DNA of 64,000 nt from an uncultured delta proteobacterium. GTDB taxonomy: Bacteria; Desulfobacterota; Binatia; UBA9968. Numbering within the stretch: position 1 is the first letter of the stretch; each line of letters begins with the position of its first letter. Shown in pieces: positions 32,707 through 42,245 of the stretch. A model generated the notes under the pieces. It saw only the letters and a program-made list of their open reading frames with translations, was not told where the DNA came from and did no database searches. Position numbers and translations under genes: made by a program. The stretch lies in the NCBI GenBank assembly GCA_963755715.1, contig CAVWLW010000045.1:1-64000 (forward strand), read 5' to 3'.

Positions 32707-33771
32707 ATGCTGATCCTACGACCCGAGGAAGTGGAAGGCCTGCTCACGATGGCAGAAGCTATCGACGCGGTAGAAAAAGCGTTTGCGGACTGGGGTGCTC
32801 ACGCTGAGATCAATTTTGCCCGTCGCCGGCTCCATTTCGGTGATGCCCGGCTTTGTTGGATGCCCGCGGCGCTGCCGTCGGGCGAGAAAACCGGTTTGCG
32901 TATTCAGAGCGAGATTCTCGCCGTACACGGCGGCGTGCAAACCTATCCTTCACGCAGTCCGTTAGTCGATGTCTTATTCGACGCCCAGACGGCATTGCCG
33001 GCGGCGGTGATCTTGTCGTCCACGCAGCGAGGTATGACCAAGGATGGCATCCCACTGCGCACATCCGATCTCATGACCGCGTCGATCAGCGCGGTCGGCA
33101 CCAAGTGGATGAGCCGCGACGATTCCAGCAATCTTTTGCTCTTGGGTTCCGGCAAGCAGGCGCGCAATCATTTGCTGGCCATGAAGGCAGTTCGCGCGTT
33201 GGGACATGTCTCCGTTTTTAGCCCGACAAAGGAACACCGCGAACAGTTTGCTGACGAAATGAGTCATGTACTCAAGCTGGATGTTGTCGCCACCGATGAT
33301 GTGAATAGCGCGATGCAGCGCGCCGACATTATCCTTGCCGCGACCAATACCAATGTACCGGTGTTTTCCGGTGTCCGGCTGCAAGACGGATCTCACGTAA
33401 CCTCCATCGTCGGCAGTAACGTGGGCATGGTTCAGGCAGGAGTGATTGCTCATAAGCGCCGCGAGTTGGATGACACGACGCTGGCGCGCGCCGCGGTGAT
33501 CGGCATCGCGTCGCGCGAACTTGCAGTGCAGGACCAGCAAGGCGATATCTACGATCAAGTGGAGGACGGAAAACTTTCTTGGAACGACATTGCAGAGCTG
33601 CGAGAGATAGTCGGCGGACAGAAGCAGGGCAGGCGCAGTGCGACCGACATCACGGTCTTCAAGAACAATGGCGGGCAGGGAATCGCCGAGTTGGCAATCG
33701 CCGATCTCATTCTGACCCGGGCACGAGAGAACAAACTCGGTATCGACGTGACATGGGCTGAAGGCTATTAG
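32707..33771 (+). CDS. Ornithine cyclodeaminase/mu-crystallin family protein
   Basis: LGSGKQARNH, AATNT, GRRSATDITVFKNNGGQGI motifs. Confidence 0.88.
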   Translation: MLILRPEEVEGLLTMAEAIDAVEKAFADWGAHAEINFARRRLHFGDARLCWMPAALPSGEKTGLRIQSEILAVHGGVQTYPSRSPLVDVLFDAQTALPAAVILSSTQRGMTKDGIPLRTSDLMTASISAVGTKWMSRDDSSNLLLLGSGKQARNHLLAMKAVRALGHVSVFSPTKEHREQFADEMSHVLKLDVVATDDVNSAMQRADIILAATNTNVPVFSGVRLQDGSHVTSIVGSNVGMVQAGVIAHKRRELDDTTLARAAVIGIASRELAVQDQQGDIYDQVEDGKLSWNDIAELREIVGGQKQGRRSATDITVFKNNGGQGIAELAIADLILTRARENKLGIDVTWAEGY

Positions 33772-33783
33772 CGAGGCGGCGTT

Positions 33784-34758
33784 ATGACGAACGTGATGGC
33801 ACGAAGCTTGGCCGGATTTCTCTTTTTAGGCCTTTGGTTGACGCCTGGCGCGTCCGGGCAATTGACAAAGCTCAACGCAGCCTATTCGGCGGAAAGCTCG
33901 TGGTCGCTCGCGACTTGGGTTGCATTTGACGCCGGCTACTTCAAGAAATATGGCCTCGATGTCAACTTGGTATTGATCCGCAGCGCAGCGACGATTACGT
34001 CGGCACTGATCGCCGGCGAAACACCGATGATTCAGCTCGGCGGAAACGGCACGATCCAAGCGGCTTTGCAGGGAGCGGACACCGTGAATGTGCTCACGCT
34101 CGTATCGATCATTCCTCAAAGCCTGGTAGTGACTCCGGACATCAAGACGGCCGACGATCTAAAGGGGAAGCGATTCGGCGTGAGCCGTTTCGGCGCTTTG
34201 AGCGATCTAGTTATTCGCCGATATCTTAGAAAGTTCGGCCTCGATCCGGGCAAGGATGTCACGATTGTGCAGGTCGGCGGGATTCCCGAACTGCTGGCGG
34301 CGATGAAGGCCGGCGCAATCTCTGGAGGCTCCCTGTCTCCGCCGGTGCTCACAGCGGCGAAAAAAGCCGGCTTTAAAGAGTTTGGCGATTTCGAGAGCCT
34401 CGACTACAAATATCCTGCCGTCGCCATCGCCACGACTAAGAGTTTTATCCAGCGCCAGCGCGCCGCGGCGCTGAACTTTCTGCGCGCCGAGATCGAAGGC
34501 ATTCACGCCATCCGCACGCAGAAGAATTTTGCTGTTAACGTATTGAAAAAATACATGCGGATCAGCGACCCGGAAATACTCGAAGAAGGTTACCGTTACG
34601 CCTTGCGATTTATTCAACCTAAGCCATTGCCGACTTTGGATGAGATCAAGGCGGTTCTGGACGAACTAAAACGGACGGAGGCAAAGCCCGAGAACTTCGT
34701 CGATCTCAGCTTGATGCAGGAGTTGGAGAAGGAAAAGTTTTTCGACAAGCTCAAGTAA
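33784..34758 (+). CDS. NMT1/SsuA-type solute-binding protein
   Basis: Signal peptide, GYFKKYGLDV, LKGKRFGVSRFGALSD. Confidence 0.9.
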   Translation: MTNVMARSLAGFLFLGLWLTPGASGQLTKLNAAYSAESSWSLATWVAFDAGYFKKYGLDVNLVLIRSAATITSALIAGETPMIQLGGNGTIQAALQGADTVNVLTLVSIIPQSLVVTPDIKTADDLKGKRFGVSRFGALSDLVIRRYLRKFGLDPGKDVTIVQVGGIPELLAAMKAGAISGGSLSPPVLTAAKKAGFKEFGDFESLDYKYPAVAIATTKSFIQRQRAAALNFLRAEIEGIHAIRTQKNFAVNVLKKYMRISDPEILEEGYRYALRFIQPKPLPTLDEIKAVLDELKRTEAKPENFVDLSLMQELEKEKFFDKLK

Positions 34759-34816
34759 CCGCGCGCAAAGTCATGTAGGATGTAACCATCCAAGGCAGCC
34801 AAATCGCTTGTCTTGC

Positions 34817-35953
34817 CTACGCGATGCCGTACAGCCGTGCGGGATTTTTGTCGAGGATACTTTCTTTCGCAGAAGCGCTGATATCGCCGCGCTCCTGCAG
34901 CATGCGCGCGGCGCAGTGCTCACGGTCGCCGTGGGGCATATCGCTGCCGAAAATGATCTGGCCTTCGCCGACGAGATTGAGCACATTCGGTAAAATTTCG
35001 TCTTCGACTTCGGTGCTGAAAAAGATATTGCCGCGTTTGATGTATTCCATCACCGGCAGTTTCTGAATCGGCGCGGTCTGCGGCAAAAACTTTCTCAGTG
35101 TCGAACCCTGGTTTTTGTAGCGGTGATGCACGCGTTCGAGGATGAACGGCACCCACTGGCAACCGGCTTCGAGAAAAACGATACGAAGATCCGGGAAGCG
35201 ATCTAACACTCCGCCACTGATCAATGCGGTGAAAGCCATGAGCAGCGGCACGTGAAAGGCGATGACGCCGGACGGATAGATGTGCGAGTAGAGATTGTTG
35301 ATCGATGGACAGGACCAGCCGACGTGGACGCCGAGGGCGAGATTTTCTTCACATAGCGCCTGATAAAAAGGCAAGAGCCGGGGATGATCAAGCATATCGT
35401 CGCCGGCGGTTCCGAGCACCATGACCGACACCGCACCGAGTTTCTTCGCTTCATGCACTTGTCCAACCGCTGTGGCGACGTCGTCCAGATTGACCACCGC
35501 CGACCATTTGATGCGCGGGTGGCCGGAAAGTCGGTCGCCCATCCAGCGGTTGTAAGATGTAGTGATCGCGCTGCCGAGGCCGACGTTTTTGGTTAAAGGA
35601 TAGGCTAGAAATAGGGTCGTGTAGATTACTTGAATGGCGATGTCTTCCTCATCCATGGCCGTGAGGCGGGCGGTGAGATCGCTCAGTTCCATGCTGCCGA
35701 TGCTGTCGGTTTTGCCTTGCGTATGCGCCGCGAGCTGGCCGTTGAAGTTTGTCGGCGTGCCGAGATTGTGACAGCCGGGTCCCACGCGCCGTGGATAGAG
35801 TTGCTCGTCGATGACCCAATAAACGAGACCGTCCACCGCCGTCACGCGCGGACGCAACGAACGAAAGGCCGGATCGAGATACTTGTCGCTAAAAGTATCG
35901 AGATTTTCCTCGACGTGGCCGTCGGCATCGATAACACGAAGTGAACTTGACAT
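34817..35953 (-). CDS. Amidohydrolase_2 family protein
   Basis: VIDADGH, SYNRW, GSDMPH motifs. Confidence 0.9.
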   Translation of the reverse strand: MSSSLRVIDADGHVEENLDTFSDKYLDPAFRSLRPRVTAVDGLVYWVIDEQLYPRRVGPGCHNLGTPTNFNGQLAAHTQGKTDSIGSMELSDLTARLTAMDEEDIAIQVIYTTLFLAYPLTKNVGLGSAITTSYNRWMGDRLSGHPRIKWSAVVNLDDVATAVGQVHEAKKLGAVSVMVLGTAGDDMLDHPRLLPFYQALCEENLALGVHVGWSCPSINNLYSHIYPSGVIAFHVPLLMAFTALISGGVLDRFPDLRIVFLEAGCQWVPFILERVHHRYKNQGSTLRKFLPQTAPIQKLPVMEYIKRGNIFFSTEVEDEILPNVLNLVGEGQIIFGSDMPHGDREHCAARMLQERGDISASAKESILDKNPARLYGIA

Positions 35954-36148
35954 GAAACCTATCCTCTCTTCTTGCTAAGTCGGAATTACAAATTCGACGT
36001 TAGTGTAGATCGCGCGGCTTCGTCAAGTGACGCCGCCGCGACGCTTCGTAAGAGAACGCTTTATCTTGACAGGCACAGCGCAGCAGAGGCATATAATCGC
36101 GTGGTGGTCGCGCAGCGCGGGCGCGCTGCAATCTCGGAGGGCGATCCC

Positions 36149-37306
36149 ATGAAAAGCGCCTACGGTCTAAAAATCCCGGAGCCCGACTCTTCTCTCACGC
36201 GCGTCGGACCCGGTACGCCATGCGGCGAGTTGATGCGCCGCTACTGGCAGCCCGTGTGTTTGTCGGCAGATCTCCAGGAGTTGCCGAAAGCGGTGCGCAT
36301 TCTCGGCGAAGACTTAATCGCGTTCCGCGATGGTGGGGGCAGGGCGGGACTGCTCTTTCCCCGTTGCAGTCACCGCGGCACCTCGCTTGAGTACGGCCGC
36401 GTCGAACAGCGCGGATTGCGCTGCTGCTATCACGGTTGGCTTTATGACGTCGAAGGCAACATTTTAGAGATGCCGCTGGAGCCAACCCTCAATCCCTATT
36501 TGAAACAATTTCAGCATCCTTGTTATCCCGTGCGCGAGTTTGCCGGCTTGGTGTTCGCCTATATGGGACCGCTCGACAAGATACCCGAGTTGCCGATTTA
36601 CGACGTGTGGCAAAAAGACGGCGGGGCGCTCAAAGCGCGCATGGGGCCGCGCATCGGCGGGCCGGTCAATTGCAATTGGCTCCAGGCCGAGGAAAATCTT
36701 ATGGACGCGCTGCATACATTTTGGCTGCACACGCGGCACAGCGGCGCGCAGTTTCCGTCACAGGTCTACGGCGTCGATCCCGATGCGCTGCAATACGAGG
36801 AGACCGACTTGGGCATGCGCTTCGTGCTCAAGCGCAGACTGGAGAACGGCAAGTGGTGGGAGCTCATCTGGGAGATGATCATGCCGCTCAACGTGCATTT
36901 GGTGTACACCGACGAGCCTAAGACCGAGCGCGTGCGCGCCGTAAGCTATTGCGTGCCGGTGGACGATACCCATCAACTCGGCGCGAGTATTCGCTGGCTG
37001 CCCGACGGCGAACCCGAAACTCCCTCGGGCCGCGAACAGCTGGCTCCCGGTGGACGCAAGAACGCGAGCTACGAGTACACCCAGCGCCATCCCGACGACA
37101 AAGAAGCCGTCGAAGGCCAGGGGCCGATCGCAGTGCATGGCCTTGAGCATCTCGTCAGTTCCGACAAAGGCGTGTTGATGTTTCGCGGAATTTTAAGAAG
37201 AGCAATTCAAGCTACGCTTCAGGGCGAAGATCCAAAAGGGGTTCTCCGCGACCCGGCGAAGGCGTCATTTGTCGCCACCAGCGCCGGCAGCGTCGTTGTG
37301 GACTGA
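36149..37306 (+). CDS. Rieske non-heme iron oxygenase alpha subunit (phthalate dioxygenase-like family)
   Basis: VGPGTPCGELMRRYWQP, Rieske CSH...CCYH, mononuclear Fe ENLMDALHTFWLH, EHLVSSD; GGAGG RBS before ATG 36149. Confidence 0.92.
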   Translation: MKSAYGLKIPEPDSSLTRVGPGTPCGELMRRYWQPVCLSADLQELPKAVRILGEDLIAFRDGGGRAGLLFPRCSHRGTSLEYGRVEQRGLRCCYHGWLYDVEGNILEMPLEPTLNPYLKQFQHPCYPVREFAGLVFAYMGPLDKIPELPIYDVWQKDGGALKARMGPRIGGPVNCNWLQAEENLMDALHTFWLHTRHSGAQFPSQVYGVDPDALQYEETDLGMRFVLKRRLENGKWWELIWEMIMPLNVHLVYTDEPKTERVRAVSYCVPVDDTHQLGASIRWLPDGEPETPSGREQLAPGGRKNASYEYTQRHPDDKEAVEGQGPIAVHGLEHLVSSDKGVLMFRGILRRAIQATLQGEDPKGVLRDPAKASFVATSAGSVVVD

Positions 37307-37353
37307 GCTCGCGCGCTGGACCGGCGTCGACTCTACGGCTAGGCATGATGATT

Positions 37354-38437
37354 TTACAGCCCGTAGAGCGCTTTCGCGTTGTGCGAGAGGATTTTTTCTT
37401 TGACGCCGAGTGTCGATACCTTCCATTCGTTGAAATTCGTTTAGTGCGGTCACGGCGCTTGACGGATCGGTATGGCCGTAGTCGGTGCCGATCACCAAGC
37501 GGTTCTCACCCGCGCAGCGGACGATGTAAGGCACGTCGTCGTTTACCTGGCAGGTGACGAAGATGTTGTAGTCTTCGAAGACATTCGTCGGAAAAACTCT
37601 GCCGCCGGCGCGGTAACGGATCGCCGCTTCGCGGTAAATCCACGGCACCCACTGCGCCGAGGCTTCGATGAAGCCCCAGCGAAGCTTGGGAAATACTTTC
37701 GGCAGCTCGCTCATGATCACGTCGAAGCAGGCCGTGACGGTGGGAACGCGAAATTGCGCAAAGCGGCCGGCCGGCGCCTGGCGATAGAGATCAGCGTTCT
37801 GCGGATTACCGTTGGCGATATGCACGGCAATCGACAGGTCGAGATCGCTGGCGGCTTGGTAAAGCGGATAAAAGTAAGGATCGGAAAGATGGCGGTCGCC
37901 TTCCAACGGCCGCATGCAGACGGCTGCGGCGCCGTTCTCCTTGGCGAACTTCACTTCTGCAATCGCCTCGTCGATGTTCATTGCCGGGACGACGCAGGAA
38001 TAGAATAATCGGCCGTGGCTTTTCTTCGAGATGTCGGCGAGCCAGCGGTTCCAACTGCGGCATAGGGCGACTTCGGCATCGGGTCTGGTGGTGATCCGTT
38101 CGATCCAAAATGTGTTGTGCAGCACCTGCACGTCGATGCCCAATTCATCCATGTGCTTGAGCCGCAAATCGACGTCGTCTAACTCGCGCGCCGCCTGCGG
38201 GGTTTCGAAGTTCCTGCCGGCGCGTTCGGCGAATTCATGGAGCTCGCGCTCGGTCAAAGTTAAGAAACGAAATCCGGCGATCTTGTCGTCGATCACCCAG
38301 TACTGCCGGCTGGGATCGTCGGGCGTCGAATACAGTCGCGGGCGAAACTTGCGATCCGAGGGTTCCAGATAGTCCCAGGTCCGCTCGGTCTCGATCACGT
38401 GGGCATCGGCGTCGATGATAGGAACAGAGCTAGTCAT
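37354..38437 (-). CDS. Amidohydrolase_2 family protein (frameshift near 37410)
   Basis: IIDADAH, RSWNRW, GTDYGH; the alternative frame gives VKEKILSHNAKALYGL*. Confidence 0.88.
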
Positions 38438-38521
38438 GACGGTCCCTCCCGGCGATTGTGATGTTGAAGTGAAGTAGCCCCGACCGTAGTGCGATGCTGT
38501 CGCGGTGTCAAGATCGGATGT

Positions 38522-38544
38522 GGCGCAGCATGCTGCGCCTCTAC
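38522..38544. repeat. GTAG-type REP-like palindrome
   Basis: Perfect palindrome GGCGCAGCATGCTGCGCC followed by TCTAC (GTAG on the minus strand). Confidence 0.6.
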
Positions 38545-38564
38545 ATCGTTGCAACGCTCGACCG

Positions 38565-40145
38565 TTAGCTACGTTTCATTCGTCGGCGCGCGGACGGCTT
38601 GTCGATCGCTTCGCCCCAGCGCGTAAGAAACGTAAGCAAGAATTCGCTCTGCTGTGACGGTTCCACCGCGAGCGGCGCCAGCGCCAGGGCAACGGTGAGG
38701 GCGATATGGTAGCCGATCGAGCGCGACGCAAGCGCGCGGCGGTAGGCGGGATGGGCGCGATTGACCCAGACGGTCGATTCGACCAAACGGCCTAAATCGG
38801 CGCCGTCCGGGCGATCTTCAAATTGAATATCGAGTCCATAGTGCGCCGGGCGGCGGGCGCCGTTGTTGCCAGGCAATGGGATATCTGCTTGTGGTTTGTT
38901 GAGCTCGCCTGCCGGCTCGTTGACCACAGGATTTTCCGACTCGCCTGGCGTTCTGGTCGGCATGGTTCGATCGGCGTCGCTCTCCGCCAGGGCGCCTATC
39001 GACGCGGCGACGAAGCTTTGCCCTGCTTCTTCGTTTCCTCGTGCCGAAAGCGGCAGACGTTTTTGCCCGCCGGCGCGCCGCTCGACCAGGCTTGCGAGCA
39101 AAGGAAAATCCAGCGCCAAATCTTCCAGCAGGTGGGCGAGATCGCGCTGTAATGGGCGCACTTCGCGCGGCGGCGCTTGCTCGTCCGCTGGCGGCGCATC
39201 GCCCCAGGCGGCGAGTTGCTGGGCGACGGCTTGTTGAATCGCTTTGCGAAAAGCGAGATAGGTTGCGCCGCGCGCGCCGCTGCGAATAAAATCCCCCTTG
39301 TTCAAAGTCAAACAGGCGGCCAGCTCGGGCACTTCGATCAGGCCTGCGATCCGTTCCGGCGTGGTCGGCGTCATGCCCAGCCAATCCCAACCGCGGCGAA
39401 TAACTTTACCGAAGGTGCTGATCGCGAGGCCACGTTGATCTTCCGCTAGGGCGCTGTCTTCGCGCCACAAGTAACCCACGGCCGAAGGTTTTCTCCGGCG
39501 CAATAAGCGAATTTCCAACGGCGCCTGCAGCGGCGCGCGCGAGCGGTATTTTTCTAAACGCCGGCCGTTTACGTCGACGGCGATCCCTTTGGCATAATGC
39601 GCCGCGAGAAAATCGTCGAAAGCCGGATCGAGCAAAGGTTGGAAGTGGCGCCGGAGTGTGACTTCGAGAAAGCCACCGTCGAGCAAAGGCGAGAGCGGGT
39701 TGCGTAATTTAAGGCGCACGGCGGTGCCGCGCTCAGCGACGAGCCCCGGCGCGGCAATCCATTTCCAGGGTGCGCGGTGGCGCGACGCCATGTGCCAGGA
39801 AGATGCCACGTGATTTTTGCCGCGCCGCGTTTCCGTCAGCACTTCCTCGCAGATCAAGAGGCCGAGCTTGATGCCGACGCCGGCAAAACCGATGCCTTGA
39901 CCGCGCACCTTGGTGCTCGAGGCGATATTGTGAAAACGGGCCAGATCGCGGCGCTGCATGCCCGAACCGTTGTCGATCACCGTCATAGTGCTGTCGGCGG
40001 GGTCGCATCGACACGAGATCGTCGACGCGCCGGAATCGAGCGCGTTGGCCATGATCTCGGTTAGAATGGTTTCTTCCAGCGAGCCCGGATAGGCGTCGCG
40101 CAGGTCTTCGAGAAGATGCAGCAGGTCGACGCGAGTTTCACCCAT
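38565..40145 (-). CDS. GHKL (HATPase_c, MORC/MutL/Hsp90-like) ATP-binding protein
   Basis: EIMANALD (N box), DNGSGM (G1), STK..GIGFAGVG (lid/G2) and GT motifs, an S5-like middle region and a C-terminal VNRAHP. Confidence 0.85.
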   Translation of the reverse strand: MGETRVDLLHLLEDLRDAYPGSLEETILTEIMANALDSGASTISCRCDPADSTMTVIDNGSGMQRRDLARFHNIASSTKVRGQGIGFAGVGIKLGLLICEEVLTETRRGKNHVASSWHMASRHRAPWKWIAAPGLVAERGTAVRLKLRNPLSPLLDGGFLEVTLRRHFQPLLDPAFDDFLAAHYAKGIAVDVNGRRLEKYRSRAPLQAPLEIRLLRRRKPSAVGYLWREDSALAEDQRGLAISTFGKVIRRGWDWLGMTPTTPERIAGLIEVPELAACLTLNKGDFIRSGARGATYLAFRKAIQQAVAQQLAAWGDAPPADEQAPPREVRPLQRDLAHLLEDLALDFPLLASLVERRAGGQKRLPLSARGNEEAGQSFVAASIGALAESDADRTMPTRTPGESENPVVNEPAGELNKPQADIPLPGNNGARRPAHYGLDIQFEDRPDGADLGRLVESTVWVNRAHPAYRRALASRSIGYHIALTVALALAPLAVEPSQQSEFLLTFLTRWGEAIDKPSARRRMKRS

Positions 40146-40231
40146 CGATGATCCTCTTCATGATCCACTTGGCATCACGGCGCGGCGCACCAGTGCAACA
40201 TTCATGCGCATAAAACGTCAGGTGAGATTCG

Positions 40232-41293
40232 CTATTCCTTCGCCTTGGCTTTGTTCTTGGCGTCGTCGATGATCGGCTGAAGTTTCTTCTTGAGCGCCGG
40301 ATTGATCTGAAAGGCTTTTTGCAAGTCGGCGTCGGCCTCTTTGTCCTTGCCCTGATAAATCCGGATGATGCCGCGATAGACGTAGGCATCGGCGTTCTTC
40401 GGCTGCATGCCGATCACCTCGCTGAAGTCACGGGCGGCGTAATCATATTTATCGAGGCGCAGGTGGGCGAGGCCGCGATTGAACGGCGCCTCCGGGTCCT
40501 TGGGGTTGATGCGCATCGCTTCACTATAATCGGCAACGGCATCGTCGAATTTTTCGAGCTTCATCTCGGACAGGCCGCGATTGTAAAAGGCTTCGGCCGA
40601 TTTTGGATTCAGCCGAATCACTTCGGTGAAATCGCGCACCGCATCTTCGTGTTTTTGCGCGGCGGCGTAAGCGATGCCGCGATTATAATAAGCATCGGTC
40701 AAGCTCGGATCGCGGCCGAGCGCGCCATCGTAGTCCTTGATGGCTTCGTCGATTTTACTCGTCGCCAGATAGCTGTTGGCGCGATTGTAATAGTTCTGCG
40801 CGTCTTTGGGCTCGATGCGGATCGCCTCGGTGAAATCCTTGATGGCGCTGTCGTAACGCTTGGCGTCGAAATGAATGCTGGCGCGGTTGGTGAAGCTACG
40901 GGCATCCTCCGGATTCAACTTGATGGCGGCGCTGTAGTCGTTGAGCGCCGGGCCGTCTTGTTTCAGGCGCCGGTAAGCGTTGGCTCGATTGTAGTAAGCC
41001 TCAGCGTCCTTCGGGTTGAGCCGCAGCGCCTGGCTGTAGTCATTGATCGCTTGCTTATCCTGGCCGAGATCGAAATAAGCATTGCCGCGGTTGAAATAAG
41101 CTTCCGCAAGCTTGGGATGGGCTTTGATGACATTGTCATATTCGACCAACGCTTCTTTGATCTTACCCGACTCGTGCAGCTCCAACGCGGCCTTGAGCGG
41201 CTCTTCGACCTGAGCGGATCTGAGAGCGGGCGCGATTAAAAACAACGCTGCCACGGCGGCGAAGATCGCGACGAGGTTTTTTTTCCCGTTCAT
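40232..41293 (-). CDS. Secreted tetratricopeptide repeat protein (9 TPRs)
   Basis: Signal peptide and nine 34-aa repeats of AxAYxNRGxA...AIxDYxxAxxLNP. Confidence 0.93.
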   Translation of the reverse strand: MNGKKNLVAIFAAVAALFLIAPALRSAQVEEPLKAALELHESGKIKEALVEYDNVIKAHPKLAEAYFNRGNAYFDLGQDKQAINDYSQALRLNPKDAEAYYNRANAYRRLKQDGPALNDYSAAIKLNPEDARSFTNRASIHFDAKRYDSAIKDFTEAIRIEPKDAQNYYNRANSYLATSKIDEAIKDYDGALGRDPSLTDAYYNRGIAYAAAQKHEDAVRDFTEVIRLNPKSAEAFYNRGLSEMKLEKFDDAVADYSEAMRINPKDPEAPFNRGLAHLRLDKYDYAARDFSEVIGMQPKNADAYVYRGIIRIYQGKDKEADADLQKAFQINPALKKKLQPIIDDAKNKAKAKE

Positions 41294-42123
41294 TTGTTCG
41301 CCGGCGCCATCATAGGTTCGAGCTTGTCTTTCAGGTTCGGGTCCAGCTCGATCGCTTTGTGAAAGTCTTTGCGCGCGTCCTCGTTCTTGCCCTGGCGCGC
41401 GCGGATCACGCCGCGATTGGCGTAAACCTTCGCGTTCTTGGCGTCGAGCTTGAGCGCTTCGTCATAATCTTTCACCGCGTCGTCATATTTGCCGAGCACG
41501 GAGTAAGCGTTGGCTCGGTTGTTATAGATCTCGGCGTTTTTCGGCGCGAGCTTGATCGCTTCCGAATAATCCTGAACCGCTTGTTCATTTTTTCCCAAGC
41601 GCCGATAGGCGAGACCGCGGCTGTAATAAATCTCCACGTCTTTCGGGTCTAATTTCTGTGCCTGGTTGAAATCTTGAATCGCGTTTTCGAACTGGTTCAA
41701 TGCATAATGGGCGAGGCCGCGCTGGCGGTAAACCCTGGGCGCTTTGTCGTCGATTTTAATCACCTCGTCATAATCTTTGATGGCTCGGTCGTACTGTTTT
41801 TGCGCGAAATGGACATTGCCCCGATTGAAATAGGCGTCGGTCATTTTTGGATTGAGCTTTAGCGCTTCATCGTAATCTTTCACCGCGTTGTCGTTTTGCC
41901 CGAGTTTAAAATGGGCCAACCCCCGGTTGTTGTAAGCCTCGTCCGATTTGGGCGCGGCCTTGATAGCGCGCGTAAAGGCGGCGACGGCATCTTTGTATTT
42001 ACCGGCTTTGTAGAGTTTCACGCCTTCGCTAAAGGCGTTTTGCGCCTCGCCGCCGAGCAACCCCGACGGCAGCAGCAGTAATAGAACGAAGCAACTCGCC
42101 GCGGCGCGGTTTATTATTCTCAT
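41290..42123 (-). CDS. Secreted tetratricopeptide repeat protein (7 TPRs)
   Basis: Signal peptide and seven 34-aa repeats; ATGA overlap with the next gene. Confidence 0.93.
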   Translation of the reverse strand: MRIINRAAASCFVLLLLLPSGLLGGEAQNAFSEGVKLYKAGKYKDAVAAFTRAIKAAPKSDEAYNNRGLAHFKLGQNDNAVKDYDEALKLNPKMTDAYFNRGNVHFAQKQYDRAIKDYDEVIKIDDKAPRVYRQRGLAHYALNQFENAIQDFNQAQKLDPKDVEIYYSRGLAYRRLGKNEQAVQDYSEAIKLAPKNAEIYNNRANAYSVLGKYDDAVKDYDEALKLDAKNAKVYANRGVIRARQGKNEDARKDFHKAIELDPNLKDKLEPMMAPANK

Positions 42124-42245
42124 AACTTAAAATTCTTTAACGTATGCTAACGCCAATGTCCAATTGCCGAGACGCCCCTGGACAAAAATAGCAAAAAAGA
42201 ATAATGATGAAAGAAATCAGGGTCCTAACTACAGGAGGATAAGCT

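Noticed and set aside
35972-36148. N-terminal extensions on ORFs 35972, 57770, 37265-38554 and 45619
   Set aside because: Downstream ATGs (most with a clear RBS) match family starts; the extensions are ORF-caller artefacts.
40232-42123. 102-bp periodic DNA as a CRISPR-like or non-coding array
   Set aside because: Fully explained by TPR coding repeats; no spacers or cas genes.
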